Shown piece after piece: positions 56,425-56,577 of a DNA stretch of 56,577 bases (the first letter of the stretch is position 1; each line of letters opens with the position of its first letter). The DNA is from a virus. Its lineage: Duplodnaviria > Caudoviricetes. The stretch spans positions 1-56,577 of IMG/VR virus record IMGVR_UViG_3300027759_000111. One strand, written 5' to 3'. Made by a program: the position numbers and the translations under genes. A model generated the notes under the pieces. That model saw only the letters and a list, made by a program, of their open reading frames with translations. It searched no databases and was not told the DNA's origin.

Positions 56425-56451
56425 CTCTTACCAATTAACCAAGGAGTTACA

Positions 56452-56577
56452 ATGGGCAGAAAAAAAGTAAAAACTCCTGAAGATATAATTGAAGCTATAA
56501 AAGAAAAACAATCTGAAATTGACGATTTATTATACGACCTAGAAGATACTATAAATGTTTCTTCTGATGAAGATATT
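56452..56577 (+). CDS. hypothetical protein (partial, runs off window)
   Basis: AAGGAG SD, then MGRKKVKTPEDIIEAIKEKQSEIDDLLYDLED... Confidence 0.6.
   Translation, partial: MGRKKVKTPEDIIEAIKEKQSEIDDLLYDLEDTINVSSDEDI

Overview
This window is a 56.6 kb, AT-rich stretch of a T4-like myovirus genome covering the morphogenesis region, almost all on the minus strand. In transcription order it holds: a PAAR spike tip and gp25, gp6, gp7-like, gp9/10-like and gp8 baseplate genes; a VrlC-like giant protein; many fibre-like genes; neck gp13, gp14 and gp15; terminase gp16 and gp17; sheath gp18; tube gp19; portal gp20; and a gp67-like core gene. TATAAATA T4-type late promoters precede many of these genes. 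Gene content (hemO plus pcyX, VrlC-like protein, low GC) suggests a phage of an aquatic alphaproteobacterium such as the SAR11 clade, but this is inference. Two very AT-rich enzyme cassettes interrupt the structural genes. The first (9.5-16.3 kb) encodes a porin, PcyX, heme oxygenase, Fe/2OG oxygenases and a flavin-dependent halogenase. The second (25.8-37.3 kb) is a tightly coupled 15-gene operon with four radical SAM/SPASM-type enzymes, five Fe/2OG or cupin oxygenases, an SDR and unknown proteins. It is built around a 180-aa Thr/Ala-rich, virion-like protein ending in (CHxS)3-RGRR. This second cassette is the best candidate for an undescribed system: RiPP-style post-translational modification machinery acting on a phage structural protein. 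No tRNA, CRISPR array, transposase or intron was seen. All calls are by eye, without database searches.
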